Below are positions 1-12,130 of a stretch of 64,000 nucleotides of DNA, piece after piece (position 1 is the stretch's first letter; each line of letters begins with the position of its first letter). The DNA lies in NCBI GenBank assembly GCA_964106915.2, contig OZ066919.1; one strand, given 5' to 3'. Origin of the DNA: Podarcis gaigeae (taxonomy: Eukaryota). A model generated the notes under the pieces. That model did no database searches and had not been told where the DNA came from. It saw only the letters and a list, made by a program, of their open reading frames with translations. Both the position numbers and the translations under genes were made by a program.

Positions 1-144
1 CCAAGGGGGGGGGGCACTTGAAGAGCAGCAGAGATAGGTTACACACACACAGGATATAGATACAGAATACTGCCATTATATCATTCCCACATCCAACCCC
101 TGCTCTATATGCTTCCTAGAAGCAACAGAAGACTGGTATCTCAC

Positions 145-222
145 CTTCAAACAGTTCTCCATGGCGTAGCCCTCTAGGTTAGGTACTGATTTGATGGGAA
201 AGTTCAATACACCATCGATCCC
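145..222 (-). CDS. Putative coding exon (phase 0-0, 78 nt) of an unidentified minus-strand gene: GIDGVLNFPIKSVPNLEGYAMENCLK
   Basis: Donor AAG|gtgaga at 144; weak acceptor tgtgaag|GGG at 223. Only one frame is open and the length is a multiple of 3. The frame stays open upstream to an ATG at 426, so the 5' boundary is uncertain. Confidence 0.55.
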
Positions 223-444
223 CTTCACAACACACCCAAACAGCATGGGATTGCACCACAGTGAAGTGCCCCCCACGTGTGTGTGTGTAGGTGTAGTTGT
301 AGGTGCAGGTGTAGGGATCGAGGGAGTTCCCAGAGAATGAATTCCACTTTGCAGCCATGCCCAAATAATCATTTTTCTTTTGCTAGTTGTACTGTGATAG
401 CTGGTGCAGTACAAAATTGCCTTCATTGCTACAGATACTGTGTA

Positions 445-684
445 CAGTAGTACCTCGGGTTACATACACTTCAGGTTACATACGCTTCAGGTTACAGACT
501 CCACTAACCCAGAAATATTGCTTCAGGTTAAGAACTTTGCTTCAGGATGAGAACAGAAATCGTGCTCCGGGTGCAGCAGCAGCGGGAGGCCCCATTAGCT
601 AAAGTGGTGCTTCAGGTTAAGAACAGTTTCAGGTTAAGTACGGACCTCCGGAACGAATTAACTACTTAACCCGAGGTACCACTG
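445..684. mobile_element. Tc1/mariner (Tigger/pogo-like) MITE
   Basis: TIRs cagtagtacctcgggtta / taacccgaggtaccactg, TA on both sides, internal reiterated ttcaggtta motif. Confidence 0.9.
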
Positions 685-810
685 TATTAATGTGATCAGG
701 ATAATGATCCTTAGTATGAGGCTATCATCTCACAGGGCATTACTTTGTATCTGTTTGATACATTTGTTTACAATCTGTTCTCAGAAAGCAATGTGAAAGG
801 AGGAAAAGGG

Positions 811-1010
811 CCAGTGTGTGCTTTAGTGGTTACAGTGGTTTGAGTTTGGAAATGCAGGTTCAAATCCTTTCTCAGTCATGAAGCTCATTGGGTGACCTTG
901 AGCAAATCGTTCTCTCTCAGCTTAACCTAGGCCACAGGCATACCGTGAGAATAAAAGAGATAACTCTATGTGTGCCACAATGCACTACCTGGAAGACGAG
1001 TGGAATACAA
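811..1010 (+). mobile_element. Degenerate tRNA-derived MIR/CORE-like SINE
   Basis: A-box-like tagtggtta, B-box ggttcaaatcc, core gggtgaccttgagcaaatc...ctctctcagc. Similar copies near 19010-19170, 22560-22720 and 58070-58250. Confidence 0.65.
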
Positions 1011-1633
1011 ATATACAAGATTCACATAAAACTGGATAGGTCCCCTCAATATGACAAATGGGTGTGCTGATACATTTTTAACTGTAATTCGTTATACTGT
1101 AGTTTATATTATTGTGACCCACCTTGGATGATGAGAGGAGGGATACCAATCTCATAAACAAACAAGTAAGTAAAGTCAATTGTCTATTAAGACTGCAAAA
1201 CTATGCAAACTTATTTGAGAGGAAGGTTCATTGAACTCAGAGGAAAGTACATCCCAGCAAATATGTACAGGATTGAGATACCTTGTAAAATTGTCTGTGC
1301 TGAGCTTGCTAAATCATAGCATAAAAAAGATCATCTGCTGTGCATACTTTGCTGCTCGTTTGCATACTAATTAAAATAACTGTACTAATGAGCTGCTAAA
1401 TTGCTCAGATAAACAATCTTGCAAGCAGACCCTTCAAGACCTTAAAGCTAAGCTATGTCACTCATCAAGTTTAGCAAAGTTTCTTAATTACTTCTTACTT
1501 AGCCCCTTTGTCATTGGGCTGAGTGGCAGTTGCAGCTAAAATGAATTGATGATAAACACATTTAGGAATATGATCTGAACCGATGCCCCTTATTTTCTTG
1601 GTTTTAATATAGGACTGTGCACAGTGCTCACTT

Positions 1634-1635
1634 GA

Positions 1636-1682
<47 letters not shown>
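1634..1682. repeat. (GAAA)n microsatellite
   Basis: Direct tandem repeat. Confidence 0.95.
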
Positions 1683-1683
<1 letters not shown>

Positions 1684-1954
1684 ACCCTTTGGGGTGAAAT
1701 GGGGCTTTGGGAACCAAAATCTCATTCACCTTTTTGGTATTCCCAAACTGTCTATTCTGCTATTTCAGTGCTCCCCACTCTAGCTACCTCCCTTTCCCAA
1801 CTGATCAAAGCCAACCAGCAATCATAGAAATAGAATGGCTTCAATAGCCAATAATTGCTGGTAATGTGTCGGATCAAGAAGACCATACAGAGTGAGGGCA
1901 ACGTTTCCTAGCTACACTCGGAACAGGTAAATGCTCAGTAAAAAGGAGAAAGAA

Positions 1955-2072
1955 GTTCAGTCGGTAGAGCATGAGCCTCTTAACCTCAAGCCTCATGTTG
2001 GGAAAAAGATTCCTGCATTGCAGGGGTGTGGACTCCAGCTCTACAATTTTATGAGTCCATATTTCTATGAAA
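1955..2072 (+). mobile_element. tRNA-derived SINE with CR1-like tail, internally deleted
   Basis: Head tcagtcggtagagcatgag is tRNA-like; tail gattcctgcattgcagggg...tctatga matches the fragment at 46423-46475. Confidence 0.6.
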
Positions 2073-4419
2073 TGCACTGCCTACTTTCCCCCACCTCTTA
2101 TTTTAGATGAAATACTGGGGACTTCCTAGACAAAATTCAACAAGGAAGCTGTCCAGCATATGTCTATGGCCTTGTGCAGTTTCCATTCATTTCAACTGGA
2201 GAATTTGTAGCAGGAGAATTTTCCAGTGAATTGTTCCCTAGATGTGGTTTTTTTTTTTTGGGGGGGGGGGGATTTTCCAAATTGGCAGGAATGCCAATTT
2301 GGCCTTGGGTGAACAAACATCACAAAATGAATGCACTAGGGAAAATGATTTCCTTTGAAGAAAGAAAATGAAATCACGGTGAAAGAAGGCTTCACTCTGT
2401 AATAATATTTGCCACTTAGGAAAAGAAGAAAATCTCTCAATTAATAAGATTCAACTCTAGAAGGCATTTTTCCCTGAAAGTGTTCTCACTGCTAGCAAGA
2501 CAAATCCCAAAGCTTAACTCAATGAGTCAGTACAAAAGTAGTTTATTTTACTTCAGCTTTGCCTACTGGGTCTGTATCTCACACTACTTAACATTTGTCC
2601 TAAAATTACAGGGGATGACTACATTTGGCAAGCTCTGTCTTTGAATTTATTGTTTCCAATGCTGTTTCTGAGAAGCTGACTATCAAAGTATTTCTCAATC
2701 AGACCTTCAGAATTACAACAGCACAGGAGGAGGCATTATGGTGTACAAAAATGTGTATATTAGGAGAACTGTCCACAAATATGTGTATTTTTTGGTGGAA
2801 TTAACACACACATGCACCTCAGTTGTGGTTCATATTAAAAATGCAGCAAGCTGGCCATGCTCAGGTGTATTTTGCATTATGTGTTGTTCTCCAGCTTAAA
2901 ATGTATCCTGCACAAGCAGAATCAAGCTCTTTATTTTCAATGAACCACTCATTGATGGCTTTGAACTGCCTGTCCATCCTTTGGGTTGATTCTCTTTATT
3001 GTTCTTCACCAGCCTTTCATGTGGTAGCTTTTTCTATCTACTCTTGTTCCTGGGCATGTTTCTTTTGGGGGCAGGAGATGCCTAAATTTCCTTTATAGCT
3101 GCTAGTAGGAACAAGCCATTCTTAGGGGGCAGCAGAATAAGGCGTATGTGCAGAAGACCACCAAAATAGTAAGTTAGAAAATAATGAGGCTCTGATTCAG
3201 CTTGGGGCACTTAATAAAGCAGTTCAACTGGGGGAGCGATAAAAACCAAAAGCAGGTTCTGAACTGAACTGAGGAGGTCTACCTATCACTGGAGTACATC
3301 AGATATTTCTACTGCTTCCAGTTTTCCACTCTGCATGCATTTTACTTGCTTTGGTTGTCCCTTTAACATTTTCTTTGAATTAATTCCCTGGCCTGCTGGC
3401 ATGCAATCTATGCACTTGCATAGGGCACTTGGTAGGGCAGTCCTGTACAGCTACCTGGGTTCATGTTCAATGCTTACTGTGCGCTCAGTAACTCACTGTG
3501 AATCATCCTTAACTTTGATAATTGTAGAATATTAACATATTCTTCAGCAGTGAATCTTGTAGATGCAAAATACTATATACAATACTTGTTCAACACCAGT
3601 ATCCTACTGACTGGATTAACTATTTAGATTAGATATAAAACAACCTAAATCTCTGAATGCTATAAGGGAAAATGAGAAATTGTGCTCTATTCGGAGTTGA
3701 TATTTTGATCATGAAACTCTTCTAAATTGCCAGTTTAAGATCCTTAACAAATATTACCTTTTGAGAGATTACAGAAATATCTGGAGCATCAGGAAGGACT
3801 AGCAAATGGATTACCAAATAAACAGAGCTGAAGTAGCAAAACAACAATAACATCTCCTGAGCTTTCCTCAGCTAAGAAATTTATGCAAACTGAGAAGAAT
3901 GAAGTCCTTTAAGGAGACAACTTAAACATTCAATGCAAACAGAAACTAGAGTAGAATTCAGGCAGAGTTGAACGCAAGTCCTAGTGATTTCAGTAATTGA
4001 GTTCAGCATGCTGTTTCCCTCTGAAATCAATAGATGCAAAAGTCCAGGAACGATCTCTAGCTTATTTGCTTTCCTCTTTGGCTCATTAGAATGAGAACTT
4101 CCGAGTCCTCTTTCAATGCTAGCACTTAGTTCTGGAGTAGTAGTAGTAATGGAAATAGTAATGGAAGTAGTAAAAAGAAGAGAGGCTGCAACAATTGGAA
4201 GACTTCCATGATTTCCAGATAGATTGAGCCTGGACAATTGTGAGAATCCTTCACCAATTAATATGGTAAACTAAGTTGAGACAGACAATTTGAAGGCAAA
4301 CCAGTGGTTAGCCACAGTTTCACAAATTTGAAGGCTCTGGGCAAAACTTCACAAGCATGTGTTAAGTGTGCTTGAGGAAAGAAGATCTTCCTAAAACAAA
4401 GGAGGACTGAAATAACTTA

Positions 4420-5470
4420 TGCCTAATCCTTCTCGGAGAAAGCATTGTCACACCTTCTTGCTGGACAGAGGCGAGTGAAACAGCAAAGATCCTTGTTACC
4501 TTCCGTTGCTTTTCTTATTTCTTTCTGTTGAGAGAAATCTGTGAAGTTTTATGGTCAGGATGTGTATGAATTTGTCAGCATCACTTCCTTTCCCTTCCTA
4601 GGAAAAGATGCTGTTATAGGGATAACTTTTGGTACATTGGGTGAGATACTAAAGAAGTGGGTGGTATTAATGTTTATAATAATTTTTACTCCTATTATTG
4701 TTAAAGAATTGAGGAAAATAGGGGGGATTTTATTGCCTGAACTATTAGAAAATTGGAAAAAGTGTTTTGTATACCATCTTGTTATGTCAGGGGTCGGCAA
4801 ACTAAGGCCTGCAGGTTGGATCAGGCTCAATAGCCTTCAGGATCCGGCCCACAGACTGTCCATGGATCGGCATGTGGATTCTGTTTGTTCGGGCTGCGCC
4901 ATTTCTGCCCCTGTGCCATTCAATTCCCTCCCTCCCTCACAAAGGAGGTGGCACCTCCTCCCTCCGTCCTCCTGACTTCTCACCACTCTGCCTAGGGGAG
5001 GAAGGGGGCTGGGCTGAGATGGCTGAGCGCCATTTTAAGCAGCCCTTCTCCTGAGCCAGCCCTTTCGCGCTGCACATCTTCCCTCCGCCGCCGCCTCCCT
5101 GGTGCTCCTGTGGGCCAAAGAGCGGAGCTGGCAAGCTCGCTCTGCCTACCCATGAGAAGCAGCAGCAGCGGTGGCAGGGGCGGTGGCGGTCGGCAGTGGC
5201 AGCCCCTGGGAAGGTAAGCGCAGCAGCTGGGGCTGGGGGTGGGGAGGATTACTTGCCCCCTCGCCTCGTCTTCCAGCTCCCCCCCCCCCGTGCCACTTCT
5301 CAGGCCCGCCACAAGGCCTGAGGGACTAAAAATATTTGCCAACCCCTGTATTATGTGAAAAGGAGAGAAAAAATTATGGCTAATTTCAAATCCCCATTTT
5401 AGCCAACTGGAGCAAAGCTAAGCTTTAGATTTAACTATTTAAATTTGAATCCTATTTAGAATTTACTTGA
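4420..5470 (+). mobile_element. Decayed L1-clade LINE ORF2 C-terminal region, split by an hAT MITE
   Basis: Plus-strand translation (FYGQDVYEFVS...KKW...PELLENWKK...) resembles, by eye, the Trp-rich C-terminus of non-mammalian L1 ORF2. The sequence continues after the MITE TSD. Confidence 0.4.
4788..5348. mobile_element. hAT-family non-autonomous DNA transposon
   Basis: TIRs caggggtcggcaaa / tttgccaacccctg; 8-bp TSD tgttatgt / tattatgt (1 mismatch); GC-rich interior. Confidence 0.85.
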
Positions 5471-5476
5471 GTCTAA

Positions 5477-5810
5477 AGGGTTAAACCACAGAGCCTAGGA
5501 CTTGCTGATCAGAAGGTCGGCGGTTCGAATCCCCATGATGGGGTGAGCTCCCATTGCTCGGTCCCTGCTCTTGCCAACCTAGCAGTTCAAAAGCACGTCA
5601 AGTGCAAGTAGATAAATAGGTACCACTCCAGCGGGAAGGTAAACGGCATTTCCGTGCGCTGCTCTGGTTCACCAGAAGCAGCTTAGTCATGCTGGCCACA
5701 TGACCCGGAAGCTGTATGCTGGCTCCCTCGGCCAATAAAGTGAGATGAGCTCAGCAACCTCAGTCGGTCATGACTGGACCTAATGGTCAGGGGTCCCTCT
5801 ACCTTTACCT
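5477..5810 (+). mobile_element. Sauria SINE (near full length, slightly 5'-truncated)
   Basis: gatcagaaggtcggcggttcgaatccc B-box head, gtgcaagtagataaataggtacc body and acctttacct tail, characteristic of squamate Sauria SINEs. Confidence 0.9.
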
Positions 5811-7007
5811 AATGCGCCATCAAATCTAATGTGCACCCAATTTTTCACAGCACAATTTGGCAAAAAAAGGGTCACATTAGACGAAAGTAAATACGGTAAT
5901 AAATTGAATTGGAATGACACAAATAGGATCCAAAACAGACTGGGCTGCTTCCAGATACTACTGATATGTAGCAAATCTTGTGGTGCCCTAAGACGTACAT
6001 ATGGCTAAAGAAATAACACATTCAGAGAGAAAGACATGTGGATGAGGCCAAGAGAGAAAATGGAAGGAAATAGTGCTAATGTGAAAAGAGTTATTGACAC
6101 AATTCACATGAATGCTACTGAAACAAGAACGAGTTTAAGCCTCAAGTGTGAAAATGGCCTTTTAAAGATTTTTCTCTGCCATTTGAATTTTTTATGCCTG
6201 TTGCCCTTATGAATAATGCCTTATTAATATTGTTTTATTGATTTGCTGTTAGTGTTTGCACGTTGTAACATGTTGTTTTGTTTTAATGGAAGCCACTCTT
6301 GAGTGCTTTTGAGGGTAGAAGAAGGGCAGAGTTTAAGCTTTGAAATAAATAAATAATGAGCTTTAGACACTTTTTTATTAAAAAAAATACCACCTGAAAG
6401 GTGAACTTCAAAGAGTTTAAACCACTTGAATGTCAGATTTAACACGTTGCCAACAACTGGCTTTCAATATACTAAGGGCTGGTGATGTTTCAAGATATTC
6501 TGTAGGATAAAACATCTCGGACATCTATAAAACTCATTCTGAACAAGATGACAGAAGTAAAATCTGATGCGTCAGTGCTGCAATGAGAAGATTATGGTGA
6601 AGTTCTAACCAATGGTGGGGAAGTGGTGTCGTCCTGACAGGCATGGGGCAGGTCGAAGTGCTTTGTGGAAAAGGCCTTGCATGGGCCACAGATTCCCCAC
6701 CACTGCTCTGCACTTCTGTTCTCACATATCTAGGGTGAATGCCTAAAGAGGGCTAGCATCTCAAGGCCATGATAGAACACAACAGGATACACTATCAAAT
6801 TGGTGATCAGATAGAACTTTGGCCAGAGCAGGAGGCAGGGCTGTTCTGTGTATGAAGGAAGCCCTATTAGGCCAACACAGAAAGAGGAGAACAGAAAGCA
6901 CAAGGAATGGTTCAGGAAGGATGCTGAAAGGTATTGGGGAGGTTCCTGGGAGGGCAGAGCTGCCTCAGCTCAAGAGAGAAGCTGAGGCTCTCAGACAATC
7001 CCATAGC

Positions 7008-7140
7008 CCAGGGATGGGGTAGCTATGGACCTTCGGACATTGTTGGACTATAACTTCCATCAGCCCCAGCCAGCATTGTCAATGGCCAGGGATGATGGTA
7101 GTTTGCAACATCTGGATGGCCACAGGTTGCCCAGCCTTGG
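7008..7140. mobile_element. Degenerate hairpin hAT MITE (same family as 9083 and 46829)
   Basis: cagggatgggg...ggactataacttccatcagccccagc...gggatgatggtagt...catctggatggcc...gcccagcc inverted structure. Confidence 0.7.
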
Positions 7141-7379
7141 CACAGCAAGATGGAGAAAAGGAGTGTGTGGTTTTCTTCTGCTCTAACCTCAGCAAATGGT
7201 CTTGGTCCACAGGAAAGGATACCTCAAACCCTACTTGTTAAATAACTGGTTTGTAGAGCTCCAATAGAGTTCATATAGTGATAGGCAGATTGGTTCCTAG
7301 ACACACAGAATAAGTAGTATAATCCCCAGAGACCTAACGGGGATTCAAGTAATCCTCTCCTATCCCAGATCTACCCTTG

Positions 7380-7930
7380 TCATTAGAGACCTAAGTAACC
7401 TCTGTGGCGTGAATCATTCACTACCGATTTTTGTTGGTCTGCCAGCTATGCCCACTCCTGGCCAGGGATACCCTATGCACTGGTAACTTCATACTTAGAT
7501 TACTGCAATGTGCTCTATGTGGGACTGCCATTGTGCTTTGCTCAGATGCAGCGACTAATGCAGAATGCTACAGCTAGAGTAGCGAATGATACATCTCATG
7601 TGCACATTATACCAACATTTAAGGACCTGCACCGGCTGCCTATCTGCTATTGAGCCAAGTTCATATAAACAATTTGGGATTAGAATCCCTAGCAGACTGC
7701 TTTCCCTGCTACAAGTCAAATCAGCTTTTTCAATCTGCAGTGCAAGCCCTACCAACCATACCGAGAGACAGTAAATTGTCATCTGGAAATCTCAAGGAAA
7801 CAGACCTTCTTAGCTGTATCACCAGCCCTCTGCAATGCCCTCTCAAATGAGATTCAGGCAGCCTCATCAATTGGATGTTTTAAATGCCTGTTAAAAGCCC
7901 ATCTGTTTGTTCAAGCCTATTCTGATTTTT
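7380..7930 (+). mobile_element. L2 LINE ORF2 3' fragment
   Basis: Encodes LVTSYLDYCNVLYVGLP...MQNATAR and, after a frameshift, HIIPTFKDLHRLPI, the conserved L2 C-terminal motifs. Confidence 0.85.
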
Positions 7931-8063
7931 AGAAGGGTTATCCTGTGCAGTTGTTGATTCCGGTTTTTTTAAAAAAACAATTGGGTTTTATAATGTACCG
8001 TATTTCTTGTATTTAGATTTTTGTACGTAATATTGTGATATGCTGTAAACCACTGAGTGATAC

Positions 8064-8297
8064 TGGGTTGTATTCAACATAACAGTAAGCAAACCATTCC
8101 TTCAACACAAGGATTTCTTCTTGTGCAATGGAATTTTCTCCCTGCTCCTCCTCTAAATCTGTTCCAGGGATTCCCTCAACCTTGCAGAGCTGATTTGAGG
8201 GTGGCCTGGGGTGCATGCAGGAGGAGGAGAGGGGGAAATCCTGTGGCACTAATGCTAATCCTTGTACCAGCACAACTATTTAGCTGAATAACTCCCT
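8064..8297. mobile_element. Palindromic non-autonomous DNA element
   Basis: Ends gggttgtattcaac / gctgaataactccc with internal inverted arms; a second copy starts at about 26112. Confidence 0.6.
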
Positions 8298-8347
8298 TAG
8301 TTTTAAAATAATGTTAGGCCATACATAAATTCCCTAAGTAATAAATA

Positions 8348-8613
8348 CAGTGCACCTGCAACTTACACGAATTCAACCTTACACAGCCCATTAATAGGTT
8401 TTTGTGTTACAGAATAAGCTTCTTAAGCTCTCCACCTCACTTACCATGCTCTGGGAAGATCATGGGAGGGCCCTGGGACACTCCCAAAGCCCTCGTGCCT
8501 TCTTCCCAGAGACTGGAACGGAAGGTGCCACCTCTCCCAGCACCTGGTATGCAGCTCTTCACCTTGCATGTGGACACCCAGAACCAAACCCTCATGTAAG
8601 TGGTGGGCACACT
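8348..8613. mobile_element. Degenerate Tigger/pogo-like MITE
   Basis: ta|cagtgcacctgcaacttac ... gtaagtggtgggcacactg|ta, imperfect TIRs with TA flanks. Confidence 0.6.
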
Positions 8614-8618
8614 GTAAA

Positions 8619-8995
8619 TCATAGACTCATAGAATTGCAGAGTTGGAAGGGATCCCAAGGCTCATTTAGTCCAACCCCCTGCAATGCAGAAATCTCAACT
8701 AAATCAGGCATGGCAGATGGCAGTCTAACCTCTGTGTAAAAAACCTCCAAGGAAGGAGAGTCCACCACCTCTCACAGGAGTCCATTCCATTGTCGAAGAG
8801 CTCCTATTGTCAGAAAATTATTCCCAATGTTTTGTCGGAATCTCCTTTCTTGTAACTTGAAGCCATTGGATCAGGACCTAGCCTCTGGAGCAGCAGAAAA
8901 CAAGCTTGCTTCAGTTTCCATGTGACAGCCCTTTAGATATTTGAAGATGGCTTTTATATCTCCTCTCGGTCTCCTCTTTACCAGGCTAAACATAA
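8619..8995 (-). mobile_element. CR1 LINE 3' end
   Basis: Minus translation MFSLVKRRPRGDIKAIFKYLKGCH is the CR1 ORF2 C-terminus; terminal (tctatga)n repeats at about 8619-8634. Confidence 0.9.
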
Positions 8996-9082
8996 GTAAA
9001 CCCTGACTCTCCTGAATCATCTGGCAACATATTAATTTCCTTCCCATAGGAGTCTGTTCCAAAGTTTAAAAACAAACTAACC

Positions 9083-9219
9083 CACTGATGGCCAAACTTG
9101 GCCCTCCATCTGTTTTGTGACTACAGTTCTCATCATCCCTAACCACTGGTCCTGTTAGCTAGGGATGATGGGAGTTGTAGTCCCAAAACAGATGGAGGGC
9201 CAAAGTTTGGTCATCACTG
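9083..9219. mobile_element. Hairpin hAT MITE
   Basis: Near-perfect inverted arms gatggccaaacttggccctccatctgtttt / aaaacagatggagggccaaagtttggtcatc; flanks share actaac. Confidence 0.85.
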
Positions 9220-11132
9220 GTACTAACCCATGCTTGGACCAAATATTCTGCAATATCTGACTGCAAGGCTGTGAAACAGTTGTCTGGGGAATTTGAGTGA
9301 ACAAGGGGGGGCAGGAGGAACATATCTTTTAAAAGCAGCCATAAGTAAAGCTCTGCCTCCTGCTTTTCCTTGCCTGTGTTATGATCAGTGGGTACTTGCA
9401 TTATTTCTTTGTAAAGTTATTCACTCAGGAGGGCCCAAGCACTGGCTTCTCACACTGATAACAAACTCTAGCGAAGACCACAGCTGAATGTCGGCCCTTT
9501 CATGAAAGGTCATACGGTATCTATTGAGAGATGCTAACAAGATGTTGCCCAAACAAATCAAAAGCACAGCTTACAGGAGGAAAGGGAGATCACAGTGGAA
9601 GGGCATGCATTGTATGCAATCTCTGTGGCAGCTTTACCCCAGCTCCCAAGGGCCTTTCCAACATATAAATGAGCCCTTCAGAATATTTAAGTACAATTGG
9701 ATCTTCATGCCTAAGATTCACATTTCAAAAAAACAGTGCCATGACTGACACAATTAATGGTCTCCATTCTAAAATAACACCTGCATGACTAGCATCCTTG
9801 TCTCTGAAGCTTAAGGGAAGGGCCCTGGGACCTAGGCTGCCAGCATCACCACCACTCAGTATCAATCACGGGTCTTGCAAATGATCCCTGTGCTCCAAGG
9901 GAAACACCTAAGTTGTAGTAACAGCCCTGTCTGAGTACTTCATCAGTTGATCCTCGAGACCCAGGCTCTGACCACCAGGTCCCATAAAGTCCTGGAACTT
10001 GATCATCAGAGAGCACTTTGCCAGACTAGGCTTCTGTATCTTTCTCCTGAACTGCTACTCGTTTCACAACTCAACACTATGCCCGTTTGTGTTGGTTGGA
10101 CTGCACAACCTGCCTCAGGCCCTTGAATCTTCAATTGCAACTTGACACCTCTTGTCTGCCTCTGGGTAAAGGGATTCAATTCATTTCTCATTTAAAAGGG
10201 CAGAGCACCAAATGGGAAGAAGAATAAGGTAGACATCTCATGGATGTGAAGTTCCATATGTTTATTAGCCCCAGATAACACCTCAAAAATAAACCAAATA
10301 CTTTTGTACAGCAGATATTAATATCTAATAATGAAATGAATTAATTGTGTTTGCCGCTGTCATTGTTTATAAGAGTCGTAACAATATGTTATGGTAGCCC
10401 CACCACTAACAAAATAAGGCTGTTTTGCAATGCTCAGGGGAATAGGCTACCAACAGAGTGTTGTTATTGGAAGATGTCCAATAACCAGCCTGGACTTAGG
10501 CTATTCACCTCATTATCATCATCATCATCATCATTTTATTCGTATGCTGCCTTTCCATAGTTGAAACTATGCTCAAGGCGGCTTACAACATGACAAGACT
10601 TACATAGTTACCAACATAACAGAAGTCATAAACAATAAATTAAACACATCAAAAAGTACACAACCAAATGGAAACAATTTCCACATAAATCATAAGATCT
10701 AAAACTAAAGCTACAACAAGAATATCAATAACAGCAACAGCTCTCTCAACCCCCCGTAAACAATACTCCAGCCCAAGAATCTGTTCAACAGCTTCAGCTT
10801 TTGTAGCTGGAGTCAGTCAGCACTCCACTCTCCCAGGCCAGATGGGAAAGGGCCAACAAGGCAGGGTGCAGGTCTTCCAGTGCTCAGAGCCAATATGGTC
10901 TCATTTAAAACAACACAGATAAAAATTAAAACAATTTAAAAGCAGCTGCAGTCCTTGTAAAGCCTGTCAAGCCCCGCCCCAAGCCAGGTGGAAAGAGGCA
11001 AGGGCAGGGTCTTTCAGGCCCTCAGCAGGCAATCCTCAAGAGCCTGTCAGGCCCCTCGAACTGCACTTAGAAACTAACTAGGAGCTGATGAAGTTTCTAG
11101 GGCACAGATGAATAATGTTCATTGCCTAACTA

Positions 11133-11448
11133 CCGTATTTTTCGCCCTATAGGACACACCGGCCCATAGGACGCACCTAGTTTTTTTGGGGGGGGGAATT
11201 CCCCCCCCCCCACGCTCCGGGCAGCAGGCTGCAATCCGCAGCCTAGGGAGCCCTGCGGGAACTCCCAAGGGCTCCTCAGGCTTGCTGATAGCTTCCTGAA
11301 GCCTGGAGAGTGAGAGGGGTCAGTGCACACCGACCCTTCTCACTCTCCAAGCTTCAGCAAAAGCCTGCATTCGCCCCATAGGACGCACACAGATTTCCCC
11401 TTTATTTTTGGAGGGGGAAAAGTGAGTCCTATAGGGCGAAAAATACGG
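11133..11448. mobile_element. Tc1/mariner (pogo-like) MITE
   Basis: Perfect TIRs ccgtatttttcgccctataggac / gtcctatagggcgaaaaatacgg; TA TSD. Confidence 0.92.
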
Positions 11449-11968
11449 TAGTTCCAGTCTAAAACCTGGACTCAGAATTTTGCTCTGCTTGTATGCTGCC
11501 TCTGTGCCTACTTCATTATTAAGATGATGGAACTTTAATGAATAAATAAATTATATTTATACAAATTATTGACTCTTGATCCATCCCTACTTTGGGCCCC
11601 TCCTATGTTATTAATATGCAAGAAAATATATTTTATAATGAAATATATGAATATATGAAATGAGAACGGGCCCTGTTCTTCATTGTATAGGTGGCCCACT
11701 TGAAGTGATGGTTCCCATTAGCCTTAGGAATCTGGAAGCTATTCCTCAGCTAGGATTGGCTTCTGACAAGGGCAGTTCCATCCAGTAAGCAGTCCACTTC
11801 AGCTGAGTGTGTGACTATGATTGCTGAGACACAGTCTTGGTCAGTGAGGCCAATGGAGCACTGCCTGGTCCAGAAAAACCGTCATTCTATTCAGAATCTT
11901 GGGGTTCTTTCTAAACAATAGTATGCTGAAAGCAGCATTAGGATGAATGTCTTTGTTCAGTGATCCTG

Positions 11969-12130
11969 TATTATTATTACTATTATTATTATTATTATTA
12001 TTTATACCCGGCTCCCCGGCCAAAACCAGGCTCAGAGCAGCTAGCATCAATTATATAACACATCAAGATAAAATCAAGCAATCCATTAAAATACACCCTA
12101 GAATCAAATCAGAATCAGACTACGATATTT
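11969..12130 (-). mobile_element. L2-type 3' tail with (TTA)n microsatellite
   Basis: (tta)n followed by tttatacccggctcccc...ggctcagagcagcta, the same terminus as 58787-58860. Confidence 0.7.

Noticed and set aside
445-684. Regularly repeated ttcaggtta units resembling a CRISPR-like array
   Set aside because: They are subterminal repeats of a mariner-type MITE in a vertebrate context, with no cas genes.
1499-1535. 37-nt minus-strand exon candidate
   Set aside because: Its length breaks the frame between the two phase-0 exons.
1955-2000. tRNA gene-like sequence (also 24575-24640 and 5490-5540)
   Set aside because: These are SINE heads with an incomplete cloverleaf followed by SINE bodies.
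4204-4245. LRR-like motif LSRLNLSGN in ORF 3881-4237
   Set aside because: It is a single motif with an in-frame stop shortly upstream and no further repeats.
4872-5342. GC-rich ORFs and CpG-island-like stretch
   Set aside because: Internal to a TSD-flanked hAT element; 63186-63604 is likewise mostly hAT-like sequence.
8413-8595. Apparent 183-nt plus-strand exon (ttacag...gtaagt) open in two frames
   Set aside because: It lies inside a TA-flanked MITE, and the gtaagt is part of the right TIR.
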